From Bacteroidales bacterium (lineage in GTDB: Bacteria > Bacteroidota > Bacteroidia > Bacteroidales > P3), in NCBI GenBank assembly GCA_045639845.1, contig JAZUDW010000107.1, forward strand, positions 4,106 through 68,105: a DNA stretch of 64,000 bases, read 5' to 3'. Below are positions 28,846 through 39,600 of the stretch, piece by piece; position 1 is the stretch's first letter, and the number at the start of each line of letters is the position of its first letter. A model generated the notes under the pieces. The model was not told where the DNA came from and searched no databases. It saw only the letters and a list, made by a program, of their open reading frames with translations. The position numbers and the translations under genes are program-made.

Positions 28846-28973
28846 TTGGGTGCTCCATTTCCTATTATATATTTATGGAAAAAGATTTATTATTAAAAAA
28901 AGATAGTTCTGTTTTAATAATAAATAAATTCATATAACTATTATATAGAAAATGGAGCACCCTGAGCACCCAA
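28846..28973. repeat. Large AT-centred palindrome P1
   Basis: Left arm ttgggtgctccatttcctattatata. Right arm tatatagaaaatggagcaccctgagcacccaa, in which the GGGTGCTC word is duplicated. The centre is about 70 bp and A/T-only. Confidence 0.7.
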
Positions 28974-29044
28974 GTATCCTTGGCTGCATAAATATGATAG
29001 GGAAAGTTGAGACGATATTTTGAGTGTTTGTCCTCTGAATTTTG

Positions 29045-29080
29045 CCCCCTGTTATATATATAAATATATATAACAGGGGG
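29045..29080. repeat. 36-bp near-perfect palindrome P2
   Basis: ccccctgttatatatat-aa-atatatataacaggggg: 17-bp arms with a 2-nt centre. Confidence 0.85.
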
Positions 29081-29262
29081 TACAAGTCTCGGCGTTTTGT
29101 AAAATAATGTCCGTCGCCATCTTCTCGTCAAAAAGGCCCTCTCAAAATATAAGCATTTGTAAATCAACTATAAATTTCCCAATACACGCTTGCGTCAAAG
29201 AGCAGACAGACAACCGAAGTCTTCTTGTTTATCTTCTATGCCCCCCTCAAAAAAAACGCGTA

Positions 29263-29397
29263 GGGTGTCAAGGGTGTAACTATATATATATACTTTTCGC
29301 GAAAAATTAATTAATTAAAAAGTTTCAACTTTTTTTAATTAATTATTTTTTCACACATATTATATAAGAAAGGTTACACCCTCTTACACCCTGACAC
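29263..29397. repeat. Large nested palindrome P3
   Basis: Outer arms gggtgtcaagggtgtaac(tatatatatata) and (tatataagaaag)gttacaccctcttacaccctgacac. An inner, imperfect A/T-only palindrome lies at 29302-29350 (aaaaattaattaattaaaaagtt / aactttttttaattaattattttt). Confidence 0.7.
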
Positions 29398-29576
29398 ATA
29401 TAGACACATATAGACAGATACTCTTGTGTGCCTGAAATGTCGAAAATGAAGAGCTCTGATTTTGAAAAGAAGAGCTTCTTCTTCGATTCATGCAGAACGC
29501 TGCTTAGCACATCGAAGACACTCTTCTTTAAAGAAGAAGAGACTTGCAGACTTCTGGACAGGTAACAAAAATAATT

Positions 29577-29633
29577 ATGATTTTCCGCATGTAGCTGATT
29601 GATTCCACCACACACTCTAGCAATTTATAACAC
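29577..29633 (+). repeat. Module M1, copy C
   Basis: atgattttccgcatgtagctgattgattccaccacacactctagcaatttataacac. Confidence 0.65.
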
Positions 29634-29964
29634 GAATTGAAAAAGATCCCGAATTGGTAAATTAGTGAATTTTCTTTTCGGCACTCCACTTGTTTGAGTT
29701 GATGAATTAATGCGAAAATCTTTGATGGTGCATACATCATCGGTCTCTAATTCAAAACACAAAAAAAAATGGGATAGGTGGAAGGTTGCTCTGGCGGAGG
29801 AGTCTTATGATTCTTACTGTTGGGCGAACGCGGTTTAACGACAAAGCATCCTTCTTTGAGGGATGAAAACAAACGAAAACATCCCTCATTGAAGGATTTG
29901 AAGTATCGTACGGTGAATTGACCGTAAATTTTATTATCCACACAAACCTGCTTGCTTTTTTTCG

Positions 29965-29972
29965 TATCTTTG
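29965..29972 (+). promoter_or_regulatory. -7 promoter box (TAtcTTTG) of the MATE gene
   Basis: Exact motif 39 nt upstream of ATG 30011. Confidence 0.6.
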
Positions 29973-30010
29973 CACACGAAACTGTTACTAGGGAAAGACC
30001 ATATACAACT

Positions 30011-31360
30011 ATGAACCACGACAATAGAGACAATATTGACTTCGGCAACGGTGACGTAAAAAGGCTTTTTGGCACCATATTCGTACCCACGCTGCTGGGT
30101 ATGCTGTTCAACATGGCGTTTATACTTACCGACGGCATCTTTGTGGGGCACGGTATCGGTGCCAACGGGTTGGCATCGATCAACCTGATAGCCCCAATCA
30201 TGATGCTGGTGAACGGAGCTGGCGCTATGATGGGCATAGGTGCCAGCGTGGTGGCCGCCATCCACCTAAGCAAAGAGAACACGAAGGCAGCCCGCATCAA
30301 CGTCACCCAGGCATTCATAGCTTCGTGCGTGGTAGGCCTCTTGATGGGGCTCGTACTCTATACCTTCCCCAACTCGGTTCTCCATATATTGGGCGTGAGC
30401 AACACGCTTCACGAAAGCACAAAAGAATACTATCTGTGGTTTATTCCTACGTGCTTGCTATTCTTGATAGAGACGCTCGGCATGTTTGTGATCCGACTCG
30501 ATGGGTCGCCGCGCTACGCTATGATGGCCAACATCATACCTGCAGTGGTGAACATAGTCCTCGACTTCACCTTTATCTTCCCATGCCACATGGGGCTGCG
30601 GGGTGCTGCCTTGGCCACAGATTTCGGCGGCCTCGTAGGTGTGGCGATGGTAGCCTATTACATGCTGTTCAGAGTGAATACTTTAAAGCTCTACGGTCTC
30701 AAATTTAGTAAAACCAGCCTTACACTGAGCTTGCGCAACGTAGGCTACATGGTGAAGGTGGGGTTTTCGGGCCTGGTGGGCGAAGTGGCCGTGAGCATCA
30801 TGATGCTTATGGGCAACATCATGTTTGCACACGCCGTAGGAGACCAGGGGGTGGCGGCATGGAGCGTGGCCTGCTACATATTCCCGCTTATATATATGGT
30901 GTATCTGGCCATCTCGCAGTCGGCACAGCCTATCATCAGTTTCAACTACGGCATCGGTCAACAAGAACGTGTGACGAAGACGTTTCGTCACAGCCTGGTG
31001 ATTGCTTTTGCAAGCGGACTGCTTTTCACAATATTCATGGTGTCGGCACCCAGGGTGGTGATCGGCGCCTTTCTGGACTACAGCGCCGAGGCTTTCCCGA
31101 TAGCCGTCCACGGCATCAGTCTCTTTGCTCTGGGCTTTGTGTTTACGGGTATCAACATCGGCTGCATCGGCTACCTGCAGAGCGTGGAGCGATCCAATAG
31201 TGCCACCTTGTTTATGATTATTCGAGGCATAGTACTGCCTGTGCTGCTCTTCGTGGCACTGCCAAACATCTGGGGCGTTGACGGGCTGTGGCTATCGATA
31301 CCGATTGCAGAAGTGATCACCATGATAGTTATTGCCTCATTATTATTGTTGAATCGTTGA
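30011..31360 (+). CDS. MATE family efflux transporter
   Basis: Twelve-TM-like hydrophobic profile. N-terminus LFGTIFVPTLLGMLFNMAFILTDGIFVGHGIG is typical of MATE/NorM pumps. I moved the start to ATG 30011, 39 nt after the TAtcTTTG box at 29965-29972. Confidence 0.85.
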   Translation: MNHDNRDNIDFGNGDVKRLFGTIFVPTLLGMLFNMAFILTDGIFVGHGIGANGLASINLIAPIMMLVNGAGAMMGIGASVVAAIHLSKENTKAARINVTQAFIASCVVGLLMGLVLYTFPNSVLHILGVSNTLHESTKEYYLWFIPTCLLFLIETLGMFVIRLDGSPRYAMMANIIPAVVNIVLDFTFIFPCHMGLRGAALATDFGGLVGVAMVAYYMLFRVNTLKLYGLKFSKTSLTLSLRNVGYMVKVGFSGLVGEVAVSIMMLMGNIMFAHAVGDQGVAAWSVACYIFPLIYMVYLAISQSAQPIISFNYGIGQQERVTKTFRHSLVIAFASGLLFTIFMVSAPRVVIGAFLDYSAEAFPIAVHGISLFALGFVFTGINIGCIGYLQSVERSNSATLFMIIRGIVLPVLLFVALPNIWGVDGLWLSIPIAEVITMIVIASLLLLNR

Positions 31361-31377
31361 TTTGTTGATTTGAATAA

Positions 31378-31473
31378 AGTGATGAGTGATCAGTGAACAG
31401 ACGTTACCACCAGCAGACTCATTTGTCGGATCACTGATCACTTAAAGCAAACATTCGTCCGATCACTGATCTC
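31378..31473 (+). repeat. GATCACTGATC-type intergenic element F, left copy
   Basis: agtgatgagtgatcagtgaacagacgttaccaccagcagactcatttgtcggatcactgatcacttaaagcaaacattcgtccgatcactgatctc. Confidence 0.75.
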
Positions 31474-31493
31474 TAATAAAAAAAGATCCATCC

Positions 31494-32747
31494 ATGATGC
31501 GCAAAGAGTTATACGAAAGAATATACCAATCGGTGATGATGATACCCCGCGGGCGTGTTGCCACCTACGGCGATATTGCCTGGCTCAGCGGCAACGCCCA
31601 TATGGCCAGGCTGGTAGGCAACGCGCTGCACGCAAACCCTTATCCCGGACAGGTTCCCTGCCACCGCGTGGTCAACAGCCAAGGTCGCCTGGCCGACGCT
31701 TTCGCCTTTGGCGGCAGCAATCGACAACGAGAGATGCTCTTGGAGGAGGGGGTGACCTTCGTAGGCGACAAGGTGGATATGGCGCACTGCCGCTGGAACG
31801 TGAGAGCCAACGACTATCAACCTGCCACCTTGGTTCCACCCTTGCTACACAAAGGCGACAAAGTAGCTTTGGCGGCCACCGCCCGCAAGGTATCACCTTC
31901 AGAGATGGAAGCTGCCATACAGATGATACGCTCTTGGGGACTGGATGTGGTGGTACCCGAGGGTCTCTACAACGAGCAAAATCAGCTGGCCGGCACCGAC
32001 GAGCATCGTGCCCGCCTGTTTCAAAGTCTGCTCGACGACACCTCGATTCGTGCCATCTTCTGTGCCCGCGGTGGCTATGGCACCGTTCGTATGGCCGACG
32101 CGCTGAATTGGGACACATTTAAGCTCCATCCCAAGTGGATAGTGGGGTACAGCGATGTTACTGTGTTGCACTCGCTGATACATCAGCAACTCCACACGGC
32201 GACGCTTCACGCTATCATGCCTATCAACATCCATAAGACGATGATCAAAGAACCCTCGCCTGCCACCGGCTCGCTACATCGCTACCTCTTCGACGGCATG
32301 ATAGACTACCCTCACCTTAACCTTCCCTCGCCTCATTTCCGCAGCGGACAAGCCCGCGGCATAGTGGTGGGTGGCAACCTGTCCATGCTCTACAGCCAGC
32401 TGGCTTCATCGTCGGATATCGACACTGCCGACAAGATACTCTTTATCGAAGACCTCGACGAATATCTATACCATATAGACCGTATGATGATGGCACTACT
32501 TCGCAGCGGCAAACTGACGAATCTCCGTGGCCTGATTGTGGGTGCCATGAGTTCAATGCACGACAACACCATCCCTTTTGGCGAGTCTGCCGAAGAGATA
32601 ATCATGCGCATCGTGGCTCCTTTCAACTACCCTGTGGCCACCCGAGTTCAGATAGGCCACATAGAAGAGCAAAATCTGGCCTTGCCTTTGGGCATAGAGA
32701 TGGAACTAACCGTAGATGATCAAGGAAACGCTTGTTTACATTGTTGA
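31494..32747 (+). CDS. Fusion protein: MGMT-type DNA-binding/alkyltransferase domain (PCHRV) plus LD-carboxypeptidase (peptidase S66, LdcA-like)
   Basis: Residues 1-100 carry ATYGDIA...ARLVGNAL...PCHRVV (O6-alkylguanine transferase C-terminal domain signature with the Cys retained). Residues from about 115 to 417 carry LdcA blocks (GDKVALAATA, CARGGYG, VGYSDVTVLH, GGNLSML). Confidence 0.75.
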   Translation: MMRKELYERIYQSVMMIPRGRVATYGDIAWLSGNAHMARLVGNALHANPYPGQVPCHRVVNSQGRLADAFAFGGSNRQREMLLEEGVTFVGDKVDMAHCRWNVRANDYQPATLVPPLLHKGDKVALAATARKVSPSEMEAAIQMIRSWGLDVVVPEGLYNEQNQLAGTDEHRARLFQSLLDDTSIRAIFCARGGYGTVRMADALNWDTFKLHPKWIVGYSDVTVLHSLIHQQLHTATLHAIMPINIHKTMIKEPSPATGSLHRYLFDGMIDYPHLNLPSPHFRSGQARGIVVGGNLSMLYSQLASSSDIDTADKILFIEDLDEYLYHIDRMMMALLRSGKLTNLRGLIVGAMSSMHDNTIPFGESAEEIIMRIVAPFNYPVATRVQIGHIEEQNLALPLGIEMELTVDDQGNACLHC

Positions 32748-32767
32748 ACTAAAGATTTATTTATATG

Positions 32768-32889
32768 AAGTGATCAGTGATCCGACAAATGTATTTTTAG
32801 TGATCAGTGATCGGTAATCTGACAAATGTGTTTGCTGTGTGGTATTGTCTGTTCACTGATCACTAAATAATCACTCTTCACTAATCACT
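32768..32889 (-). repeat. GATCACTGATC-type intergenic element F, right copy (inverted)
   Basis: Its reverse complement aligns with the left copy at roughly 80 percent identity by eye, for example tagtgatcagtgaacagacaataccacacagcaaacacatttgtc...gatcactgatcac...catttgtcggatcactgatcac. Confidence 0.75.
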
Positions 32890-33051
32890 ACCTCATCACA
32901 AATCGACTGAACTATGGTCAGCAACTGAAGTGGAGCTTACAAACAGGTCAACACATCAACAACAATTGAATTATTTATATGATGTATCAAGGGAAACGCC
33001 GTTACCCCCATCGACCCATCGATATACCCAGGAATCAAATGAATAGTTGTA

Positions 33052-33609
33052 TCAATAGCTGTCGGGTTCGGCATCCATATCGGACGGTTTAAGTTCAGAG
33101 CGGGATATACGGGTGACAAACGACTTGCCCACAGCCTCTATTGTAATACTAAAATTGCCATCTTTGCAAGCTTTGACTAGCCGTCCCGTCATGCCTTTGA
33201 ACTCACCGGAAAGAATGGTAGCAGCGGCACCTTTCACTAGTTTGGAGGATTCATGAAGGTAGAACTTTCGGTGGGTGGCTTCAAAGGAGCGTATGGCATT
33301 CATCTCATCGTCGGACACTTCAGCAAGCTCACGGAAACCTGTCTCGAAATTGGGTTTGGACAATAGTTTGATCACTCCTTTGGTTGTACGAGCATCGTAG
33401 ATACGATACTGATTGATCTTAAGGAAAAGATAGCAGGGGAACATAGGTTCGTCTTCCACCTCAGAGGTATATCTGCCCCCTTCGAAACGCTTGATGAGAG
33501 GCAGGTAGCATTCGATAGGAGGCTGGTGCTGTGCATAACGCTGCTGCACCCTCTTCTCGTCGCCCGGGTAGGTAAAAGCCACTACCCAATGTTGTTCGTT
33601 TCCTTTCAT
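33052..33609 (-). CDS. UpxY-like NusG-family transcription antiterminator
   Basis: 185 aa. NGN-like N-terminus (HWVVAFTYPGDEKRV...IECYLPL...PMFPCYLFLKI) and a KOW-like segment (GAAATILSGEFKGMTGRLVK). It starts 66 nt after the sprA stop on the same strand. Confidence 0.65.
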   Translation of the reverse strand: MKGNEQHWVVAFTYPGDEKRVQQRYAQHQPPIECYLPLIKRFEGGRYTSEVEDEPMFPCYLFLKINQYRIYDARTTKGVIKLLSKPNFETGFRELAEVSDDEMNAIRSFEATHRKFYLHESSKLVKGAAATILSGEFKGMTGRLVKACKDGNFSITIEAVGKSFVTRISRSELKPSDMDAEPDSY

Positions 33610-33674
33610 AATGAGTGGTTATCGGTTGGTATATCGGTGATGGAATCTTATTATGCTACAACGGCATACCGCTG

Positions 33675-36600
33675 TTAGAAACTAAACCTTAACGAGAGGC
33701 CGCCCTTAGTGGTAGCCGTAAGGAAGGAGAGATAGGGATTGTTGATATTGGTCTGAACAAAGAAACGAAGGGTCAGGTCGGCAGAGACGGCATAGTCAGC
33801 ACTAAATTCGGCCATCCAAACTTTGCTACCACTGCTGGCCTGGCTGGTCAGCTGATTGATCTTCCGTATCATCGTCTTGTTGTCGTTGTAGGTGATATTG
33901 AGATTGAGCACGAGGTCGCTCTTGAGGTCGTGCTGCTTGTCGCCGGCTTTGATATGGACTTCGACATCCTTGAAACGATAGCCCATGCCGAGAGTAAAAC
34001 CATCGCGAGTGGTCTCTGTGAGCTGATTGTTGGCAAAGCTGAGATTGAGTGACCTATTCTTCTGAATGCTGAGATTCATTTGGAAATTATTGACCATATT
34101 GACGCTCATCTTCAGCAAGGGGTTGAACTGCTCGGTGAGGCTCACACCCTCCATGGTGACGGGAGCAATATAGTCGCCACCACCGTTGAGGACAGACTCG
34201 AAGCCATAGTCGTACTGGTCTATCACAGCTCCGATGGCAGCATCAGTATAGTAGTTGCCAATGGTATAGGTAGAAGTGTAACGATGGCTGATGGTGATAT
34301 TGGTAAACCATTTTTGAAGAGCCGGAATCTTGGAGAGACCATTGTAGTTGAGACTCCAGTTGGGCAATGGCATTTTGAGGAAGGGTGAGAATGATCGCGT
34401 AGCAGGATCGTCGCCCAGATAGGTAGCCAAGAAGGCGGTGAGAAGTACCGTTTGCTGATTGGGGCTATAGCCTGCAGGGAAATACATACGTGTCATAGTG
34501 TCATACACCATCTGGTGCGCATAGTCGTCGGGATTGGTGGACGACAATCGTTCGGCCACTACAATACGGTTGTCGAGGAACTGCTGATACAACTGGTCGG
34601 GATCGCGGAAAGCGGTACGGAAACTCCAGGTGGTAGAGGTGTAAGAACCCGTAAGACGATAAGACAAGGGCCCCTCTACCCTACCCGACTGCGAAAGATA
34701 CTTATAATAGTACTCTTCGCGCGACGAAGTGTTCTGTGCCATGGTGACATCGATCTTCATATCGCGAATAGGTTCGAGCGTTGCCTGTAGGGAGAACACT
34801 TGGTTGGAAGTAGCAAACGACGGATCATTCATCAGAGAGTCGCGACTAAAGAGGTCGCGATCGCGAAGATAGTCGGCAATATCGACATTGGCACCAAAGA
34901 CGAAAGGTAGGCCTGGCGTCCAGACCGCCATGGGATCCATACCCAATATGGTGGCTTCGCCCATATAACCGGCGATACTCTGTGACGAAGACTGGTTGAA
35001 GGAGGTGTTGAGATTTTTGACACCAGCCACCATACGGAGACCCAAATAGCCGAGTTCGCGAAGCGTCTCTTTGAGATGCTCACGGCGGAGTGAGTCGGCC
35101 ACACGGGCATCTTCGGCAGTCTTGGCTTGATCTGTCTTCAAACCGCGTTTCTCGTCGATCTTATTGCGTTCTTTATCTTTGAGCTTACTATCGTTGGTTT
35201 TCTGCCCAAGACGTTGCGTTGGACGTTTGGCAAGAGCCTTCTTCAAGATCGGCACCTTGTTGTAGAGTTTGTTGAAATCGCCGCCAAGGGTGGCAGTAAG
35301 CTGAGATGTGTTTTGAATATGGCTACCTTGGGCAGCAAGGGCCTGTGTGGTACCCATATAAGTGTAACTAGAACGGTAGCTTACGGGCATACGCAAGAAG
35401 TCGAGATAGGGCAACTTGGAGATAGGCACATCCCAACTGAGGTTGAGCGACTGCTGATAGTTTTCCATGGTACCGCCGCCGAGGATCGAGCTCCAGATAG
35501 AGTCGGCCGCAGTGCGCTCCTCGACGAGTCCGGGAGGTTCATCGATACGAGCATTGGCACCCGCATCGAACTGGAGTCGCAGACTACGAGAGATATCGTA
35601 GGCAAAGCTATAGTCTCTACGCCATGTAAACTGCTTGAAGTAGGCAGGCCTGATGATAACGAGGGCAGCACTCTTGTTGCGCAAAAGCGTGGATTCGATG
35701 TCGCGATACACCTCCGTAGAGAAGGAGATATTCTTGGGCTGAGTATAGAGATTGAAATCTTTGATGATTTTGAGATTCTTGTTTTGGAACGCTTTCTTCT
35801 TCTCAAACGGTTTAAGCTGTTTAGGCTGGGTGAACGCAAACGAATAGGTGAAACCACCACGATGCTGATCTTTGTTGTAATATTCCAGATCGTCGTCGCT
35901 GGTACGCTCACCACTATAGGCATAGCTGAAAGCGAAATTCTCAAAGTCGTAGAAATGCGGTTTCAGAGCATTCTTGCCCACACGCTCCTTGCGAATATTA
36001 GTGAGTGTGATATTGGTGGTGGTCTTACGTTCCTGCGTCATTCGTTTCACGCTGTCGCGTTCGGCCATCGTCTGATAGGTAGCCAGGTCATCCAAAAGCA
36101 CCACATCGGGATCCAAAGGATTGTATTCGGGACTGCCTATCGTCTTGTTGCGGTCTATATAGAAAGGAATATGCATACCCCAGTTTTCGGGGAAGAATTT
36201 TCCAAGTTCCAGTTGCATGGTAGTCTGCAGATTGAACTGATTGATAAGTTCAAGAGTAGTAAGCCGGTCTTCCAGATTACCGAAGCCCGACGAGGTGTAG
36301 GATGAGTAGATAGAGAGAGTACCCAAATCGGCCAGATTGGTACGGCCCAAGGCCATAGCAGACCATCCGCCTCGCTGAGTGTAGTCGGAAAGACGCAGCT
36401 CATTGATCCAAACGATAGCACTCTTAGGCATCATATCATTGCCATCGTCGAGACTTTCTTTCTTGGGGTTACGCACTCCGACCATGATCACCTTCACCTT
36501 GCCCAAATTAGGAGAGCCCAACACCGTATATCGGTGTCCATCGGGTGAGAACTCGCTATAGAGCATGGTAGAACTGTATTCGAGGTTGCCTTCGCGGATA

Positions 36601-39600
36601 AGGCGGTTTCGGTTGGTCTTGATGGCGGTGAGATGCTGAAGATCAATTTCCACATTATTTTCGGCAGGCCATACGCCCAAACGATCGTCGCGAGATACAC
36701 CCCAAGGTGTAAGCTTGAGCGGCACCTCGTATTCGTAATAGTTGGAAGTGTAGTCGCTACCCAAACGCACAAAGAGAACAAGGTCGTCATCGTCGAGATT
36801 GTCGAGCTCATGTTTCTGCTCAGCATGAACAAACATCTTGAGTTTGCCATAATAGCGCATATCGTACTGGGAGTTGCGATACACGGCACGCGCATCGCCA
36901 CTGGCCAAGTTGGTAATATCTAGAGAAAGAGCCTGCTCGTTGAGACGGGTGTAGTTGCTGCTGGTGCTATACCACTGTTCGCGTTCAATTCCCGGAGGCA
37001 GACAATATGGCACAGGCTCTCGGCTACCGTTTTCCTGAATATTGACAGTGCTCAGAGTAAACGAAGTGTTGGCATCGGTACCCGTGACATAGTCGCCCGG
37101 CTGATGAAGATCTTCACTATATTTACGCCAAGTGCCGTACACCAGTTCGAGAGTAGCAAAACGAAGAATAACAGGATCCTGAAACTCACGAAGAAACATA
37201 CGGATGAAACGGATGCTTTGGAATCCGTTGATGGAGCCCACCTTACGGTCGGGTTCACGAATGGGGATGCTAAACTGATACCATCGGGCAATGGGGGCTA
37301 TTGTGCCGTCGGGCAGAGGCACATCGTTGGCTTCCTGAATATCTACAATGTGGTTCTGCCCCACCACCATCTGATCGGGGCGAAGGTCGATCACATATTC
37401 ATAATAAGCCTCACCTTCACTCAGCGTATTATCCTTATTGATATCCTCTACATTAGGGAACGAGGATCCAGATGTGGGATAGCTCTCTGGATTATCGACA
37501 GTAGCACGGTTGTTGCCCTCGGGATGGTTGTAGTATTTATAACGATCCACTATCTTGAGGTCGGCATTGTCGTAGTCGCTTCCCAAATAATGATGGTAAT
37601 TGTCGCTACTGGGGTCTTCTATGGCATTGAGGTAGGCCATACTGGCAGGGCCAAACTGATTGGACAGACTTTGAAGATAGCCGTTGAAGAAACTCTGCTC
37701 GTCTTGCACATAGGTGCTACCCAAACCATCGTAACCCACATCCTGATACTTGCGGGTAGATTCATCGAGAGAGAAAGCATTGACGATGGACTGGGTCTTG
37801 GGTACTCGGCCCCAGATTGTGGTATCGACAGGCAAATCATTGAAAGCATCCGCATCGGAGCCGCCAGGGAGACCTTGTTCGAAACTCTTACGACCATCGC
37901 GAAGGATATCTTCACTGATATCGCCCAAATTGATATAGAACTTACCACCGGGCAGAGCATCGTTGTGCTCACCCGTTTCGGGATCAAGGAAGGGATCGAG
38001 CACCCAGAATTCGATAGTCTCGATATTCTGTGTCTCAAAATCTGTATAGTCGAGATGGCGCATAATACCGCCCCAACGAGTTGCAGGGTCATTGAGTCGG
38101 CCGTCGGCATCAACACCTCTACTATATTGGGTAGGCGCCACATCGTAGTTATAGGGGCCACGTTCAGAAGGATAGTAAGCGAGGTTGAGTTCGGCGATAC
38201 GGTCTTCCGAACCCAAAGCCATATCCTTATTGGGGAACACCTCAGTAGAAGAGATACGACGGGCATAAGGCTTGCTACGGTCGGCCACCGTAATATTGTC
38301 GGGGCACTGAGCCGAGTTGGCATCGCCATTGCTGCGCCCATAGAAGACGTTGTGGATGGTGTACCATGAAAGCAAAGCTCGGTTCATACCATATTCCAAC
38401 CCAGTGCCACTGGCCGTCTCGGGGAAGAGGGGCATAGGTGTAGCACAATCCTGAGGGGTACTGGCGAGATGCCACGAAGTAGGCGACTTCAAGTCGATAG
38501 AGCTTTCTGCACCCTCGAAATCGTCGATGTAGGAAGCCGAGCCGTCTTTGCTACCTGTGCGAGCCATACCTGGTATAAACTGAGCGAACTCAGCCTGCAA
38601 GGTGAGTGCCGAGGGTTCCTTGGTAGAGATAAAGGGGAGCTTATCTACAATCTTGGTGATAAGAGGAACATCGTGCTTATAGTTAAGGTCGAGGCCCCAG
38701 ATGCTGTTGCTGGTAGGCTCGTCGCCGAAGTTATTCTTCACCGTCATGGGTTTCTCTCGAAGATTCATAAAAGTACCACCCAGATGGAAATCAGGGTTAA
38801 ACTCATAGTCGAGATGAAGACCCAGCATACGTTTGGTAGTCATAGAGAAGGTATTGTTCTCGCTACTCACACTGATAGGTGTGTTGCTGCTAAGAAGACT
38901 CTCGTTGATGATGCGCACCGTACCCATCGTATAATCGACGGTATAGTCCACATTCTCGATCAGCGGCATACCACCCGCCGTCACTCTCACAGATCCCGGA
39001 GAGACGCTGTATCCAAGACTGATCTCGCCACTCACACTGCTGGTATAGTAGCCCTCAAGGAAGAACTTATTCTTGTCGGCATACTGCTGGGCCAGTGTCT
39101 GAGTCATCGTATAGAGAGAGTCGAAGCAGTAATCGTCGGCATACTCGGGACCCAGTTTCTCACGTAGGTCCCTACCAAAAGGTTCCACATAGGGGAAGAA
39201 GATTCGACCCGTGGAAGCCTGAATGGTACCACCCTTGTAGGCAGCGCTATCCATCCAGTCAAACACACCGTCGGGCATATAATAGCTCTGCGAAGCATCC
39301 ATGCGGTCGAGTCCAAGCAACTCTACCAAAGGCACACCCTCGTAGGGGCCTTCGGTAAGATAGCCTATACCCACGCCGCCGTCGGGACTCTCATAGAGCA
39401 CATTGAGACGGAAATTTTCGCGGCTCAGCTGAGTACTCTTCAAGAAATAGACGTTCTTCATCATCAACTTCCACAATGAGTTGCGGGGATTCACCTTGGA
39501 GCTTTTGAGCAGTTTTACCACCAGCGTATTGGGGTCGTTCACACCATCGGTGGTGAGCTCTCCCACTTGATATACAGTGGTATCGCCTACCACTTGATAC

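Noticed and set aside
28942-28973. Loose resemblance of the P1 arm (ggtgctccattttctatataatag…) to a Xer dif site
   Set aside because: Only a few positions agree with the E. coli dif sequence as I remember it. The Bacteroidota dif consensus is not known to me, and nothing else supports a terminus here.
29934-29942. Perfect DnaA-box-like 9-mer TTATCCACA near the AT-rich palindrome tract (possible oriC)
   Set aside because: I saw only one such box. A single 9-mer match in 64 kb on two strands is about what chance predicts. There is no dnaA gene and no box cluster, so I did not call an origin.
29752-30318. 188-aa and 172-aa minus-strand ORFs overlapping the 5-prime end of the MATE gene
   Set aside because: They are antisense to a clear MATE N-terminus and extend into promoter DNA. 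They have no independent support.
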